Assembly: GCA_965230795.1 (NCBI GenBank)
Contig: OZ246020.1
Location: 1,554,585 to 1,618,584, forward strand
Length of the DNA stretch: 64,000 bases
From: Oleiphilaceae bacterium
Lineage (GTDB): Bacteria > Pseudomonadota > Gammaproteobacteria > Pseudomonadales > Oleiphilaceae
Direction: 5' to 3'
The position numbers were made by a program, and so were the translations under genes. Shown here piece after piece: positions 9,165-19,443 of this stretch. Each line of letters starts with the position of its first letter. Positions within the stretch are counted from its first letter, which is position 1. The notes below the pieces were generated by a model, which saw only the letters and a list, made by a program, of their open reading frames with translations, did not search any database and was not told the DNA's origin.

Positions 9165-10526
9165 ATGAATGCTCGCATCTTGCTGGTTGAAGATGAACAG
9201 GCGCTCGCCCAGATGCTATCGATGCATTTTGAGGATGAAGGCCATGAGGTCTTTCATGCCAGCAATCTGGCTGAAGCTCGGGAGTTGGCGGAGCAGCAGC
9301 CAGACTTGATTTTGATGGATCAGGGGCTGCCTGATGGCAAGGGCTATGACCTGTTGTGTGAATTACAGGAGCAGGGAAGCGGTGCCCTGATGATTATGAT
9401 GACGGCGGAGCATGATCTTGAATTGGCAATCGCCGCCATCAAGGCCGGCGCCTTTAACTTCATCCACAAGCCGATAAAAACTGATGAACTCAACCACACG
9501 GTTATTAAAGCTCTTGAGCATCAAAAGCTGTCCCGTCAGGTCGAGGTGCTGAGCGCAAAGGATGATCCTGTTATTAATGAACCACGCTTGCTGGGTAAAA
9601 GTCAGGCCATGCTTGATATCAGCAAGGAAATCGCACTGGTGGCAGACAGTAACACCCGAGTATTGATAACAGGCGAAAGCGGGACCGGTAAGGAACTGAT
9701 TGCCCACGCCATTCATCACCATAGCCAACGGCCAGGGCCGTTTATGGCCATCAACTGTGCGGCCCTGGTGGATAATTTGCTGGAAAGCGAGCTGTTTGGT
9801 CACGAACGCGGCGCCTTTACCGGTGCGACCGACCGCAAGCCCGGCAAGTTTGAACTGGCTGAGAACGGAACCCTGTTTCTGGATGAGGTGGGCGAGATGG
9901 CGCTGCCTCTGCAGGCCAAGTTATTGCGCGTTTTGCAGGAAGGCAACTTTGAGCGGGTAGGAGGGAGTCAGCAGTTGTTCACCAATGCCAGGGTCATTGC
10001 CGCAACCAACCGAAACCTGCCGCAGGAAATCGAAAAAGGGCATTTTCGGGAAGATTTGTATTATCGGCTGAATGCCATGGAGATAAAGCTGCCACCACTT
10101 CGCCAGCGCAGTGAAGATATTCCCAGTCTGGTAGAGGGTTTGCTTGAACGCATCTGTCGGGCCGAAGGCAAAGGGCTGATGCAAATTACCCCTGCGGCGC
10201 TGAGCTTGCTTTTGCAATACAGCTGGCCGGGAAATATCCGAGAGTTGCACAATGTGCTCACCCAGGCCGTCATCCGTGCGCGTAGTCATTTTATTGGTCC
10301 GGGTGAACTGACTATTAAAGGTGATGAGTCGTGCCCGGACGAGGCATTTGTCTCGGAAAACAATGACCCCCTAAGCTTGGCCGACATGGAGGCCCGGCAT
10401 ATTCAGCATGTGCTGAATCACTGTCACGGCAACAAAGCGCAAACGGCCAAGCTACTGGATATTTCTCGACCGGCTCTGGATCGCAAAGTGGATAAGTATG
10501 GACTGGTGGTGGAAAAGGGCTTGTGA
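9165..10526 (+). CDS. sigma54-dependent response regulator (NtrC family)
   Basis: Receiver domain ([14 protein letters not shown]...[14 protein letters not shown]). Sigma54 AAA+ domain ([39 protein letters not shown] motif, arginine finger region). C-terminal Fis-type HTH ([20 protein letters not shown]). The start codon abuts the kinase stop. Confidence 0.9.
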   Translation: MNARILLVEDEQALAQMLSMHFEDEGHEVFHASNLAEARELAEQQPDLILMDQGLPDGKGYDLLCELQEQGSGALMIMMTAEHDLELAIAAIKAGAFNFIHKPIKTDELNHTVIKALEHQKLSRQVEVLSAKDDPVINEPRLLGKSQAMLDISKEIALVADSNTRVLITGESGTGKELIAHAIHHHSQRPGPFMAINCAALVDNLLESELFGHERGAFTGATDRKPGKFELAENGTLFLDEVGEMALPLQAKLLRVLQEGNFERVGGSQQLFTNARVIAATNRNLPQEIEKGHFREDLYYRLNAMEIKLPPLRQRSEDIPSLVEGLLERICRAEGKGLMQITPAALSLLLQYSWPGNIRELHNVLTQAVIRARSHFIGPGELTIKGDESCPDEAFVSENNDPLSLADMEARHIQHVLNHCHGNKAQTAKLLDISRPALDRKVDKYGLVVEKGL

Positions 10527-10604
10527 CGCCAGTTCCGATTCAAGCGCCCCGAGTCAAAGCTCCGACTAAAGGCCCCATGAACGTTCTGGCAGAACAGGAC
10601 ATAC

Positions 10605-11372
10605 TCACGATGATTTTTTGCCGCTGCGTGGTTTTTTCACTGCGTCTCGGGGCTTTTTCACCACATACAGGGGCAACGAATCAAACAGTGATTTAATGCC
10701 TTCAGACCAGGCCAGACGCAAACGCGCGAAGTCCGGATCATTCTCGTCGACGCGGTAGGTTTCTTTCACCTTGTAGGCATCGTTGCGATAGATCAGGGCA
10801 TCGAGTGGCAAGCCCACCGAGAGGTTACTGCGCAAGGTTGAGTCCATGGAGATCAGTGCACACTGCAGACCTTTTTCCAGGCTGGTGTCGCTGCCCAGTA
10901 CCCGATCCAGAATGGGTTTGCCATACTTGCTTTCACCAATCTGGAAATAGGGAGTGTCGGTTCCGGCCTCAATAAAATTGCCTTCGGGATAGACATGAAA
11001 CAGGCGCACGGCTTCACCTTTGATCTGTCCCGAGACCAGGACATTGCAGCTGAAGTTTACACCCTGGGATTGGCCACTGTCGCGTTTGATGACCTCGCGG
11101 ATGGTATGACCCACCAACGCCGCGACATCAAACAAGCTGGTGGCGTTCATAACATGCCGCTCCGCCTGAGCAATCTGCTGCTCCATCAGGCTGATCACAC
11201 TCTGCGTGGTCGCCAGGTTGCCCGCCGTCTGAATAAAAATGACGCGCTCATCTTCTTTCTCGAAACGATGCAGCTTTTTAAAACTGGCAATATGATCAAC
11301 GCCCGCATTGGTGCGTGAATCCGAGGCCAGTACCAGCCCGTCTGTCAATTTGATGGCAACGCAATAGGTCAT
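10605..11372 (-). CDS. proteasome-type protease, Anbu-like (ancestral beta subunit family)
   Basis: N-terminal MTYCVAIKLTDGLVLASDSRTNAGVD with Thr directly after Met (Ntn-hydrolase nucleophile). Length 255 aa; pattern resembles bacterial Anbu/proteasome beta-like proteins. No HslU or other partner lies adjacent. Confidence 0.55.
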   Translation of the reverse strand: MTYCVAIKLTDGLVLASDSRTNAGVDHIASFKKLHRFEKEDERVIFIQTAGNLATTQSVISLMEQQIAQAERHVMNATSLFDVAALVGHTIREVIKRDSGQSQGVNFSCNVLVSGQIKGEAVRLFHVYPEGNFIEAGTDTPYFQIGESKYGKPILDRVLGSDTSLEKGLQCALISMDSTLRSNLSVGLPLDALIYRNDAYKVKETYRVDENDPDFARLRLAWSEGIKSLFDSLPLYVVKKPRDAVKKPRSGKKSS

Positions 11373-11658
11373 GTTTGAGCCTGCATATTGAAGGACGGTT
11401 TTCCATCCTTATAGCGAATCTGATGTCTGTCTACGGCTGAAGGCTTAAAAGGCGTCGTTGAACAGAATAGCTGGAAACCGAAAATCGATCCCGTCCGCTT
11501 AATATAGCCGTTTGCCGTGGTTGCGGGAAGTGATGCTAGCCAGTTTAGCGGGGACGTAAATCATAGGCCGCGTAGCGTAAATACAGCTTTTGCCAAACAG
11601 GGGATTGAGCATCTTCCGCCATCGCGATATCAACAATTTCTGCTAGCATCACGGATAG

Positions 11659-12345
11659 CTATTTCAGATTGGGGGCGGGGGAGAAGGCTGTATGCATTGG
11701 CCAGGGAGAGATCTTACCGGCTTCTGCAATACTCCCTGATAGCTTCAGTTTTTCGATTTCGAAATGCACCACGGGGGCAACGTCGGCATAGGTTCGAATG
11801 CGATTCGACTTGATCATGCCCAACAGCCTGGCAACATGATTGGAACCACTTATCCAATGGACTTTTTGAGGGTGATTTTCCAGGTAGCTACCTAAGGGTT
11901 CTTGATGGCTGGCGCCATCGACATCACCAATCAGTCCATCGCCCAGGCTTTCCAGGGATTCCAGTCCACTGTAGGTCCACGAATCATTGCGATTGACAAA
12001 AAAAGCCTCGTAAGGCGCCACCAGTGCGGTGTCCGGAAAGATGAAGGACGGTGCGTTCTCCCGGGCTACGGGTAGCAAGCCATGAAGCTTGCCTTCACGC
12101 ACCAGGTCCAGAGCGCGCGCGTAGGAGGAAATGGGCTGAAACTCCACCGAGTAACCCTCAGGTTCGAAAATCTCGCGAGTGAGTTCCACCATAATACCTT
12201 CAATACCATCCTGTTCCACATTGCAGATGAAAGGGCAGTATTCGTAGGTACCGAAGGTCAGTGTTTCTCCCCGGGTGCCACTGGAAAAGGCTAAAAGGGT
12301 GATGAGAAAAAACAGCGCCGCGGATTGAGATGACTTGGTTTCCAT
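11659..12345 (-). CDS. periplasmic solute-binding protein (family 3 / transporter substrate-binding domain-like)
   Basis: Signal peptide (LFFLITLLAFSSGTRG). Approximately 200-aa mature domain with the alpha/beta pattern typical of type 2 periplasmic binding proteins. Family assignment is weak. Confidence 0.45.
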   Translation of the reverse strand: METKSSQSAALFFLITLLAFSSGTRGETLTFGTYEYCPFICNVEQDGIEGIMVELTREIFEPEGYSVEFQPISSYARALDLVREGKLHGLLPVARENAPSFIFPDTALVAPYEAFFVNRNDSWTYSGLESLESLGDGLIGDVDGASHQEPLGSYLENHPQKVHWISGSNHVARLLGMIKSNRIRTYADVAPVVHFEIEKLKLSGSIAEAGKISPWPMHTAFSPAPNLK

Positions 12346-12476
12346 GATGGATCCGTTCGCCTTTCGAGACGATGAAGTATGGCGTCAACAATGCAGCTCA
12401 GTATAGGTTATCAAACAGTCGCCCGCATAGGTCCAAAGTGTTCAGGCCCGAAATACTTAACCTTCCGGGCAGATGT

Positions 12477-13418
12477 CTACGAAGCAAGGGATGTAATTAC
12501 CTGATGATACCAGGGAATACCGATGATCACGTTGAAGGGGAAGGTGATGCCCAGAGAGAGCAGCATAGCGAGCCCGATGTCCGCGTTGGGGATGGCGGTG
12601 CGGATCGCTGCCGGCGCAGCGATGTAGGAAGCACTCGCCGCCAGCGTTGCCAGAATCAGAATCGATCCCTGCGGTAAATCCATGGCGAAGCCGAGCAGGG
12701 CGCCGAGCATGGCCATGGTTGGTGGCGCGATAATGGCAAATACCAGTAGTCGCCACTTTTCCCATGGAATCGGACGCAGGGTTTCGGCGGCCGTCAGCCC
12801 CATTTCGAGAAGGAACAGAGCCAGCACCGCCTTGAAGGCACCGGTCAGTAATTCAGTGACACCCGCGCCGTCCTGGGGGCCATACATCCAGCCGATAATG
12901 ACACCGCCGACCAGCAGAATCACGCCGCGGTTGGTCAGGGTTTCATGCCACAATGCACTGGGTCGCTCAGAGCTGCTCGATGCAGAAAAGCGGCGATAAA
13001 GCATCAATGCGACCAGAATGGCCGGTAGTTCAAGCATCACCAAATAAAGCGTTGTTTGCGGTCCGAACAGGAGTGAGCGGGACTCCACATAGCTCAGCAC
13101 CACCGCGAAAGTCCCGGCGCTGACCGAACCATAGTGCGCAGCAATACTGGCGCTATTGGCCATGGAGAGTCCAGTGGCATAGCGCAGCACCGGGATCAGC
13201 AGTAGCGGCAGTACCGCACCGAGCAGGGCGACGGCCAGTAACTCGCCCGCCAGGGACCAGGACAGACTGCCATGCAGGGCCATTCCGCCTTTCAGACCGA
13301 TGGTAAGCATCAGCAACAGGCTGAGCGTGTCATAGGCCGCTTTCGGAATTTCCAGATCTGATTTCACCAGACCGGCGAGCAGGCCCAGCAGAAAAAACAT
13401 GACAACTATATCCGGCAC
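12477..13418 (-). CDS. polytopic membrane permease (DUF897 / sodium-dependent bicarbonate transporter SbtA-like)
   Basis: 313 aa with about 10 TM helices. The N-terminus (MPDIVVMFFLLGLLAGLVKSDLEIPKAAYDTLSLLLMLTIGLKGG) resembles SbtA-like permeases. It lies downstream of pycAB. Function assignment is tentative. Confidence 0.45.
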   Translation of the reverse strand: MPDIVVMFFLLGLLAGLVKSDLEIPKAAYDTLSLLLMLTIGLKGGMALHGSLSWSLAGELLAVALLGAVLPLLLIPVLRYATGLSMANSASIAAHYGSVSAGTFAVVLSYVESRSLLFGPQTTLYLVMLELPAILVALMLYRRFSASSSSERPSALWHETLTNRGVILLVGGVIIGWMYGPQDGAGVTELLTGAFKAVLALFLLEMGLTAAETLRPIPWEKWRLLVFAIIAPPTMAMLGALLGFAMDLPQGSILILATLAASASYIAAPAAIRTAIPNADIGLAMLLSLGITFPFNVIIGIPWYHQVITSLAS

Positions 13419-13479
13419 AGAATGCCCTCCTGTGTGCAGCGATGATTCACGTGATAACGGTGTCTGAATTCAGACCGTA

Positions 13480-15273
13480 TCAGCCTATTTCCATCAGGAC
13501 TTCTCCTGGCGTCACCCGGTCGCCTTTTTTGACATGAATGGCCTTCACTTCGCCCGCAATGCCGGCATGGATTTCTGTTTCCATTTTCATGGCTTCCGCA
13601 ATCATGACAGCCTGACCGGCTTCTACGGTATCGCCTTCCTCGACCAAGACCTCAACCACGTTGCCGGGCATAGCGGCACTGACATGTCCCGGATCGCTGG
13701 CCCGTTTGCGGCCCTGTTTGGCTTCCGGTTCGTATTCGTTCAGCGATTCAAACACCACTTCTTCCGGCATGCCGTCCAGTGACACGTATAGCTTGCGTTT
13801 GCCGCCGCCAAAATCACCGACACCGGTGATCGCCACTTCGTAGGTTTCGCCGCGTACATCGACGGTAAATTCCGTGGCCATGCCAGTGGATGCGGGTTTA
13901 CCTTCGGGTGTCGGAGGTAGCAGTGGTTCCGGTTGCAGAGTGCCTTCGGCGCGTTGCTTGAGATAGTCGCGCGCCAGATCCGGGAACATGGCGAAGGTCA
14001 GCACATCTTCATCGCCGGTGGCGAGGGAACCTATGTCTTCGCGCAGCTTGTCCAGCTCCGGTTTCAGTGCATCGGCGGGACGTGCGTCGCTGACGGCCTC
14101 ATTGCCGATGGCCTGTTTGCGCAGCGCCTCGTTGATTTCTCCATGAGGTTTGCCGTAGCCACCCTGCAGGTAGCGCTTCACTTCATTAGTGATGGTCTTG
14201 TAGCGTTCACCTGCGAGCACGTTGTATACCGCCTGTGTGCCGACAATCTGTGATGTCGGCGTGACCAGCGGCGGGTAGCCCAGGTCCTTGCGCACAGCAG
14301 GGATCTCGTCGAAGACCTGCTGGATCTTGTCGAGTGCATTCTGCTCCTTGAGCTGATTTGCCAGGTTGGACATCATGCCGCCCGGTACCTGGTTAATCTG
14401 TACCGAAACGTTTTCGCCGGTGAATTCGCTCTCAAACTGGTGATATTTTTTACGAACTTCGCGGAAGTAATCAGCAATCTCCGACAGCAACTCCAGATCC
14501 AGACCCGTGTCCCACTCTGTTCCACGGAAGGCCGCCACCTGGGATTCGGTGGAGGGGTGACTGGTGCCGCCGGAGAATGAAGAAATCGCCGTATCAATGC
14601 GATCGGCTCCCGCTTCAACTGCTTTCATTTGGCATTGCGGCGACAGCCCGGCAGTACTATGACTATGGATGACCAACGGCAGGTCGACCGCATCTTTGAT
14701 GGCTTTGGTCAGTTCATAGGCCGCATAGGGTGTCAGCAATCCGGCCATGTCTTTGATGGCAATGGAATCGGCGCCCATGTCACGCATGTCTTTGGCCTGT
14801 TGTACAAAGAGTTCTGCGGTGTGCACGGGGCTGGTGGTATAACAGATAGTGCCCTGGGCATGCTTGCCGGACTCTTTCACTGCCTTCATGGCAACTTCGA
14901 TATTGCGCAGATCGTTGAGGGCGTCGAATACGCGGAACACGTCGATGCCGTTTTCGGCAGCTTTGGCGACGAAGGCCCTGACGACGTCATCCGCATAATG
15001 GCGATATCCCAGCAGGTTCTGCCCCCGCAATAGCATTTGCAGGCGCGTGTTGGGCAGGGCGGCGCGCAGTTGTCGCAGGCGCTCCCAGGGGTCTTCCTTT
15101 AGGAAGCGCACACAGGCATCGAAGGTCGCGCCTCCCCAGACCTCCATGGACCAATAGCCCACCTTGTCCATCATTTCACAGATGGGAAGCATGTCTTCGG
15201 TACGCATGCGCGTGGCGATCAGTGACTGGTGTGCGTCGCGCAGGGTGAGGTCAGTGACTTGCAGTTTCTTCAT
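13480..15273 (-). CDS. pycB: pyruvate carboxylase subunit B / oxaloacetate decarboxylase alpha-like carboxyltransferase with biotinyl domain
   Basis: N-terminal HMGL-like TIM barrel (DLTLRDAHQSLIATRM...EVWGGATFD). C-terminal biotinyl-lipoyl domain with the AMKMETEI motif. Confidence 0.9.
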   Translation of the reverse strand: MKKLQVTDLTLRDAHQSLIATRMRTEDMLPICEMMDKVGYWSMEVWGGATFDACVRFLKEDPWERLRQLRAALPNTRLQMLLRGQNLLGYRHYADDVVRAFVAKAAENGIDVFRVFDALNDLRNIEVAMKAVKESGKHAQGTICYTTSPVHTAELFVQQAKDMRDMGADSIAIKDMAGLLTPYAAYELTKAIKDAVDLPLVIHSHSTAGLSPQCQMKAVEAGADRIDTAISSFSGGTSHPSTESQVAAFRGTEWDTGLDLELLSEIADYFREVRKKYHQFESEFTGENVSVQINQVPGGMMSNLANQLKEQNALDKIQQVFDEIPAVRKDLGYPPLVTPTSQIVGTQAVYNVLAGERYKTITNEVKRYLQGGYGKPHGEINEALRKQAIGNEAVSDARPADALKPELDKLREDIGSLATGDEDVLTFAMFPDLARDYLKQRAEGTLQPEPLLPPTPEGKPASTGMATEFTVDVRGETYEVAITGVGDFGGGKRKLYVSLDGMPEEVVFESLNEYEPEAKQGRKRASDPGHVSAAMPGNVVEVLVEEGDTVEAGQAVMIAEAMKMETEIHAGIAGEVKAIHVKKGDRVTPGEVLMEIG

Positions 15274-15288
15274 GGTTATCTCTCCTGT

Positions 15289-16701
15289 TTACCAGCCAGC
15301 ATGCGCGGCAATGGCTGTGGCCAGAACCAGTGCAATTTCAGTGGGATGACGTTTGTCGGAATAGCGAAGCAGTTCGGGGTGTTCCGGAACAAAACTGGTG
15401 TTGAATTCGCCTTTCTGGAAATCCGGATGCGCCAGAATTTCCTGATAGTAATTGGCAGTGGTTTGAATGCCGTGCAGGCGCATATCGTCGAGGGCGCGTC
15501 GCCCCCGGGCAATTGCATCGTCCCAATTCAGGGCCCAGACGATCAGCTTCAGGCACATTGAGTCATAGTAGGGCGGGATGTCGTAGCCGGTGAAGATCGC
15601 CGTATCGACGCGCACGCCCGGGCCGCCCGGCGCATAGTAGTGAGTGACCCTTCCAAAGCTGGGAAGAAAATCGTTCTTCGGGTCTTCAGCGTTGATGCGG
15701 AACTGCAAGGCATAGCCCCGGTACTGGATGTCTTCCTGTCGATAACGCAAGGCTTCACCGGCAGCAATGCGCAATTGCTCCTGAACAATGTCAACACCGG
15801 TAATCTGTTCGGTGATGGTGTGCTCGACCTGGACTCGGGTGTTCATTTCCATGAAATAGACTTCGTTACCGGTGAGCAAAAACTCCACCGTACCGGCATT
15901 CTCATAGTCCACGGCTTTGGCGGCACGCACGGCCAGATCACCGATGTACTGGCGTTGTTCCGGTGTCAGCTGCGGGCTGGGTGCGATCTCGATCAGTTTC
16001 TGGTTGCGACGCTGAATGGAGCAGTCGCGCTCGTAGAGATGGATCACATTACCGTGTGAGTCGCCGAGAATCTGGGCTTCGATGTGGCGTGGGTTAACGA
16101 TGCACTTTTCCATGAACACTTCGGCGGAGCCAAAGGCCTTGCTGGCTTCGGAAATAACCCGGGGATAGAGCTGTTTGAGTTCTTCGGCGGAATCACAGCG
16201 GCGAATACCCCGGCCACCGCCGCCCGAGGTGGCTTTGAGCATCACCGGATAGCCAATCTCTTCAGCCAGGGCCAGAGCTTCCTCAACATTTTCCAGATTG
16301 TCATCAGAGCCCGGCGTCACCGGTACACCGGCTGCACGCATGCTTTTGCGGGCCTCGGTTTTGTCGCCCATTTTGCGAATTACTTCGGATTTGGGACCGA
16401 TAAAGACAATGCCTTTCTGTTCACAGAGTTCGGCAAAGTCAGCGTTCTCCGAGAGAAAGCCATAACCGGGATGGATCGCGTCACAGCCGAATTGCTTGGC
16501 CAGACTGACAATGCGCTGGTGGTCCAGATAGGCCAGTGGATCTTCCCCCAGAGAGTGGGATTCATCGGCGCGTTTGACGTGCAGACCGTAGCGGTCCGGT
16601 TCGGTGTAGATGGCGACGGAACGGATATTGGCCTCGGCACAGGCGCGAATAATCCGGACCGCAATTTCACCACGGTTGGCTATGAGTACCTTTTTGAGCA
16701 T
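15289..16701 (-). CDS. pycA: pyruvate carboxylase subunit A (biotin carboxylase)
   Basis: MLKKVLIANRGEIAVRIIRAC...; ATP-grasp and biotin-carboxylase C-terminal blocks (EMNTRVQVEHTITE). Adjacent to pycB on the same strand. Confidence 0.9.
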   Translation of the reverse strand: MLKKVLIANRGEIAVRIIRACAEANIRSVAIYTEPDRYGLHVKRADESHSLGEDPLAYLDHQRIVSLAKQFGCDAIHPGYGFLSENADFAELCEQKGIVFIGPKSEVIRKMGDKTEARKSMRAAGVPVTPGSDDNLENVEEALALAEEIGYPVMLKATSGGGGRGIRRCDSAEELKQLYPRVISEASKAFGSAEVFMEKCIVNPRHIEAQILGDSHGNVIHLYERDCSIQRRNQKLIEIAPSPQLTPEQRQYIGDLAVRAAKAVDYENAGTVEFLLTGNEVYFMEMNTRVQVEHTITEQITGVDIVQEQLRIAAGEALRYRQEDIQYRGYALQFRINAEDPKNDFLPSFGRVTHYYAPGGPGVRVDTAIFTGYDIPPYYDSMCLKLIVWALNWDDAIARGRRALDDMRLHGIQTTANYYQEILAHPDFQKGEFNTSFVPEHPELLRYSDKRHPTEIALVLATAIAAHAGW

Positions 16702-16815
16702 GGATGCGTCCTCCCAACGTCGCTGCAGGGAAGATAGATCAGCATCGATATAATTAAAAATTAATACATTTTATATATACTATAAACAATTACTTATGAT
16801 TCGAGCGTATCACTC

Positions 16816-17781
16816 ATGCCATTAACCGTACAAAAATTGATTCGCCGCCTGACCCTGCGCCAGCTACAGGTATTTCAGGCGGTGTACCAGCAGCAGGGTT
16901 ACGGGAGGGCTGCGGACCTGCTGGGGCTAACGCAGCCTGCCGTGAGTGCCCAGATTAAGCAATTGGAACAAGCCCTGGGTTTGAAGCTGTTTGAGATAGT
17001 CGGTCGCAAGGTTTACTGCACTGCGGCTGGTGAAATGGTGGCAGACAGTGTGGCCATCATTTTTGAGCAGCTACGAGTGTTGCAGAATGATATTCATGCC
17101 CTGGAAGGACAGATTTCCGGCGATCTCAGAATCGCTGCCGTGAATACGGCCCAGTATGTTGTGCCGTATCTGCTCAAGCCCTTCCGTGAGCGCTATCCGG
17201 AAGTGAACATCAGCCTGCACGTGGTCAATCGTGCCAAGGCGATTCAGCGACTCAACGAAAATAAAGATGACCTGGTTGTTATGGGGATCGTGCCGACGGA
17301 ACGACCGCTCACCTCCATCCCTTTTCTGGACAATGAACTGGTGCCGGTGGTCGCGCCCGAGCATACGCTGGCGAAACAGCAGGCGAGTCAGGAGCGCGTG
17401 ACCCTGGCTGACTTTCTTGCCGCCGATGTACTGGTCCGGGAGCCCGGTTCCGGTAGCCGGCTGGCACTGGAACAGCACTGTCATCAGGTGCGCCATACCT
17501 TGCTGCCAGCCATGGAAATCGGCTCCAATGATGCCTTGAAGCATGCCGTGATCGCGGGCCTTGGCGTTGCGGTATTGCCGCGTCTCGGTATTCTGCCGGA
17601 GCTGCGCACTGGTGCGTTGACGGTATTGGATATCGAGGGCTTTCCGCTGCGGCGTTCCTGGTGTCTGGTGTATCCCTCCGGAAAAAGCCCCAGTCCGGCC
17701 AGTCAGCGATTTATCGACTATGTGCAAAGCCATCTTAAGGAGATCAAAAACAGCTTTTCAGAACGGCAGCAGATGGGCTAA
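16816..17781 (+). CDS. LysR-family transcriptional regulator (divergent from pycAB; PycR-like)
   Basis: N-terminal HTH (LRQLQVFQAVYQQQGYGRAADLLGLTQPAVSAQIKQLEQALGLKLF) plus a LysR substrate-binding domain. Divergent AT-rich promoter region at 16702-16815. Confidence 0.9.
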   Translation: MPLTVQKLIRRLTLRQLQVFQAVYQQQGYGRAADLLGLTQPAVSAQIKQLEQALGLKLFEIVGRKVYCTAAGEMVADSVAIIFEQLRVLQNDIHALEGQISGDLRIAAVNTAQYVVPYLLKPFRERYPEVNISLHVVNRAKAIQRLNENKDDLVVMGIVPTERPLTSIPFLDNELVPVVAPEHTLAKQQASQERVTLADFLAADVLVREPGSGSRLALEQHCHQVRHTLLPAMEIGSNDALKHAVIAGLGVAVLPRLGILPELRTGALTVLDIEGFPLRRSWCLVYPSGKSPSPASQRFIDYVQSHLKEIKNSFSERQQMG

Positions 17782-17833
17782 ATTCTGTGATTCCGAAAAC
17801 CCCATAGCTGATCGTTTAGTTAGCGAGACCCAC

Positions 17834-18577
17834 ATGGAACTCTATTCGCTCGAAACCTCTCCCGAGTATATCCACCTGCAGACTGAAATGATCTGGTTGC
17901 AGCAAAGCCTGCATTCCCAGGGCAAGCGTCTGATGATTATTTTCGAAGGGCGTGACACGGCCGGGAAGGGCGGTGCGATCATGCGTTTCGTTCGCTTCCT
18001 GAACCCGCGACACTATCGCGTAGTCGCCTTGTCCAAACCCACCGAGGAAGAGGTCAGACAGTGGTATTTCCAACGTTATATCAGTCACTTGCCTGCTCCC
18101 GGACACATGGCCTTGTTTGATCGCAGCTGGTACAACCGTGCCGTAGTAGAGCCGGTGATGGGTTTTTGCAGTGAGCAGCAGTACCAGCTCTTTTTAAAGC
18201 AGGTGGTGCAGTTGGAGGAAATGCTGACGGAAGATGGCCTGCCCATTGTGAAGTTCTGGTTTTCCATCGATTTCAAAGAGCAGGAGAGCCGATTGCGGGA
18301 GCGCCAGAGTAATCCGCTCAAACAATGGAAACTGAGCACCGTGGATGCTCAGGCGCAGGCGCGTTTCCACGATTTCACCTCTTACAAGGACGCTATGTTT
18401 CAGCACACCTCTACAGACTTCGCTCCCTGGGTGATCGTTAAAGGTGAGGATCGGGATCGTGCGCGGCTGGAGTCCATGCGCTATGTTTTGAACCTGATGG
18501 ATTACGAACGCAAGGGTGAAACCGGCGAAAGGCTGGAGCCGGATGCAGAGGTGTTATCCGTATTCAAAGCGGGATGA
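17834..18577 (+). CDS. ppk2: polyphosphate kinase 2 (PPK2) family protein
   Basis: Walker A GRDTAGKGG, plus the PPK2 lid/Walker B region (LFDRSWYNRAVVEPVMGF). The long-ORF start at 17720 overlaps lysR, so the start was placed at the MELYSLE ATG. Confidence 0.8.
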   Translation: MELYSLETSPEYIHLQTEMIWLQQSLHSQGKRLMIIFEGRDTAGKGGAIMRFVRFLNPRHYRVVALSKPTEEEVRQWYFQRYISHLPAPGHMALFDRSWYNRAVVEPVMGFCSEQQYQLFLKQVVQLEEMLTEDGLPIVKFWFSIDFKEQESRLRERQSNPLKQWKLSTVDAQAQARFHDFTSYKDAMFQHTSTDFAPWVIVKGEDRDRARLESMRYVLNLMDYERKGETGERLEPDAEVLSVFKAG

Positions 18578-18606
18578 TCCGGATGGGTAGATGGCAGTGA
18601 TGCGCG

Positions 18607-19392
18607 ATGACACAGCGAAAGCAGGATAAGATCGGTGCGCCTGAACTAATGCTCAGCTATCGGCCGGGTATTCTGGCCATGCTGGGTCCCATGGCCGATC
18701 TTGACGCGCACCGTCATCATGCCTTGCAGGTCGTATTTCCGCTTTCTCCAATGAGCAGTCTTGAGGTGAATGGCGAAGCGCGGGTCCTGTCTGAAGCCAT
18801 GCTGATTCTCCCCGATACAGCCCATTGTTTTCGCAGTGACCGGGCCGGAGTATTGTTGATCAACGCGGAATCTCAGGCCGCGAGTGAGTTGCTGGAAGGC
18901 TTGGATTCAGGGTCATCGAATTGTTCTGAGGATGCCTCACCAATCTATTGCATTGAATTGCCTGACCGCTTGCATGAGGCCCTGTCCATCGACTCCTTTA
19001 TTGAAAACTTTCTGAGCGCCTATGTTCCCAAGGCCTGCCTCCATTACCACGGTGATGCGCAGTTCGAGGCGCTTTTCGCCACCATTCAGCGGCGTATTGA
19101 AAGTGGACAGCTGATGGAAATTGATCTGGACTGGGCCTGTGCGCAGGTGCATGTATCCCCCGGTCGTTTTATGCACCGTTTTAAGGAACTGACGGGGATT
19201 CCCTGGCGACCCTTTTTGCTTTGGTCCCGACTGCTGTCCGCGGTGTTGCAGTTAAAACATGGGGGGGCACTGACCGAGGTGGCGATGGCAGCCGGCTTTG
19301 CGGACAGCGCGCATTTTTCCCGCACCTTTAAAGCCAATTTCGGCATCACACCCTCAAAGGTGATGCAATACAGCAGGTTTATTCAAGCCTGA
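18607..19392 (+). CDS. AraC-family transcriptional regulator
   Basis: C-terminal double HTH (ACAQVHVSPGRFMHRFKELTGIPWRPFLLWSRLL...SAHFSRTFKANFGITPSKV). Confidence 0.8.
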   Translation: MTQRKQDKIGAPELMLSYRPGILAMLGPMADLDAHRHHALQVVFPLSPMSSLEVNGEARVLSEAMLILPDTAHCFRSDRAGVLLINAESQAASELLEGLDSGSSNCSEDASPIYCIELPDRLHEALSIDSFIENFLSAYVPKACLHYHGDAQFEALFATIQRRIESGQLMEIDLDWACAQVHVSPGRFMHRFKELTGIPWRPFLLWSRLLSAVLQLKHGGALTEVAMAAGFADSAHFSRTFKANFGITPSKVMQYSRFIQA

Positions 19393-19443
19393 CGCAGGTA
19401 TAGTCATATACGCTTCTATCACTGCGAAACAAAGGAGCAAATT

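Noticed and set aside
17720-17833. Upstream start for PPK2 overlapping the LysR gene end
   Set aside because: It would overlap lysR by 60 nt in another frame. The conserved PPK2 sequence begins after the internal Met.
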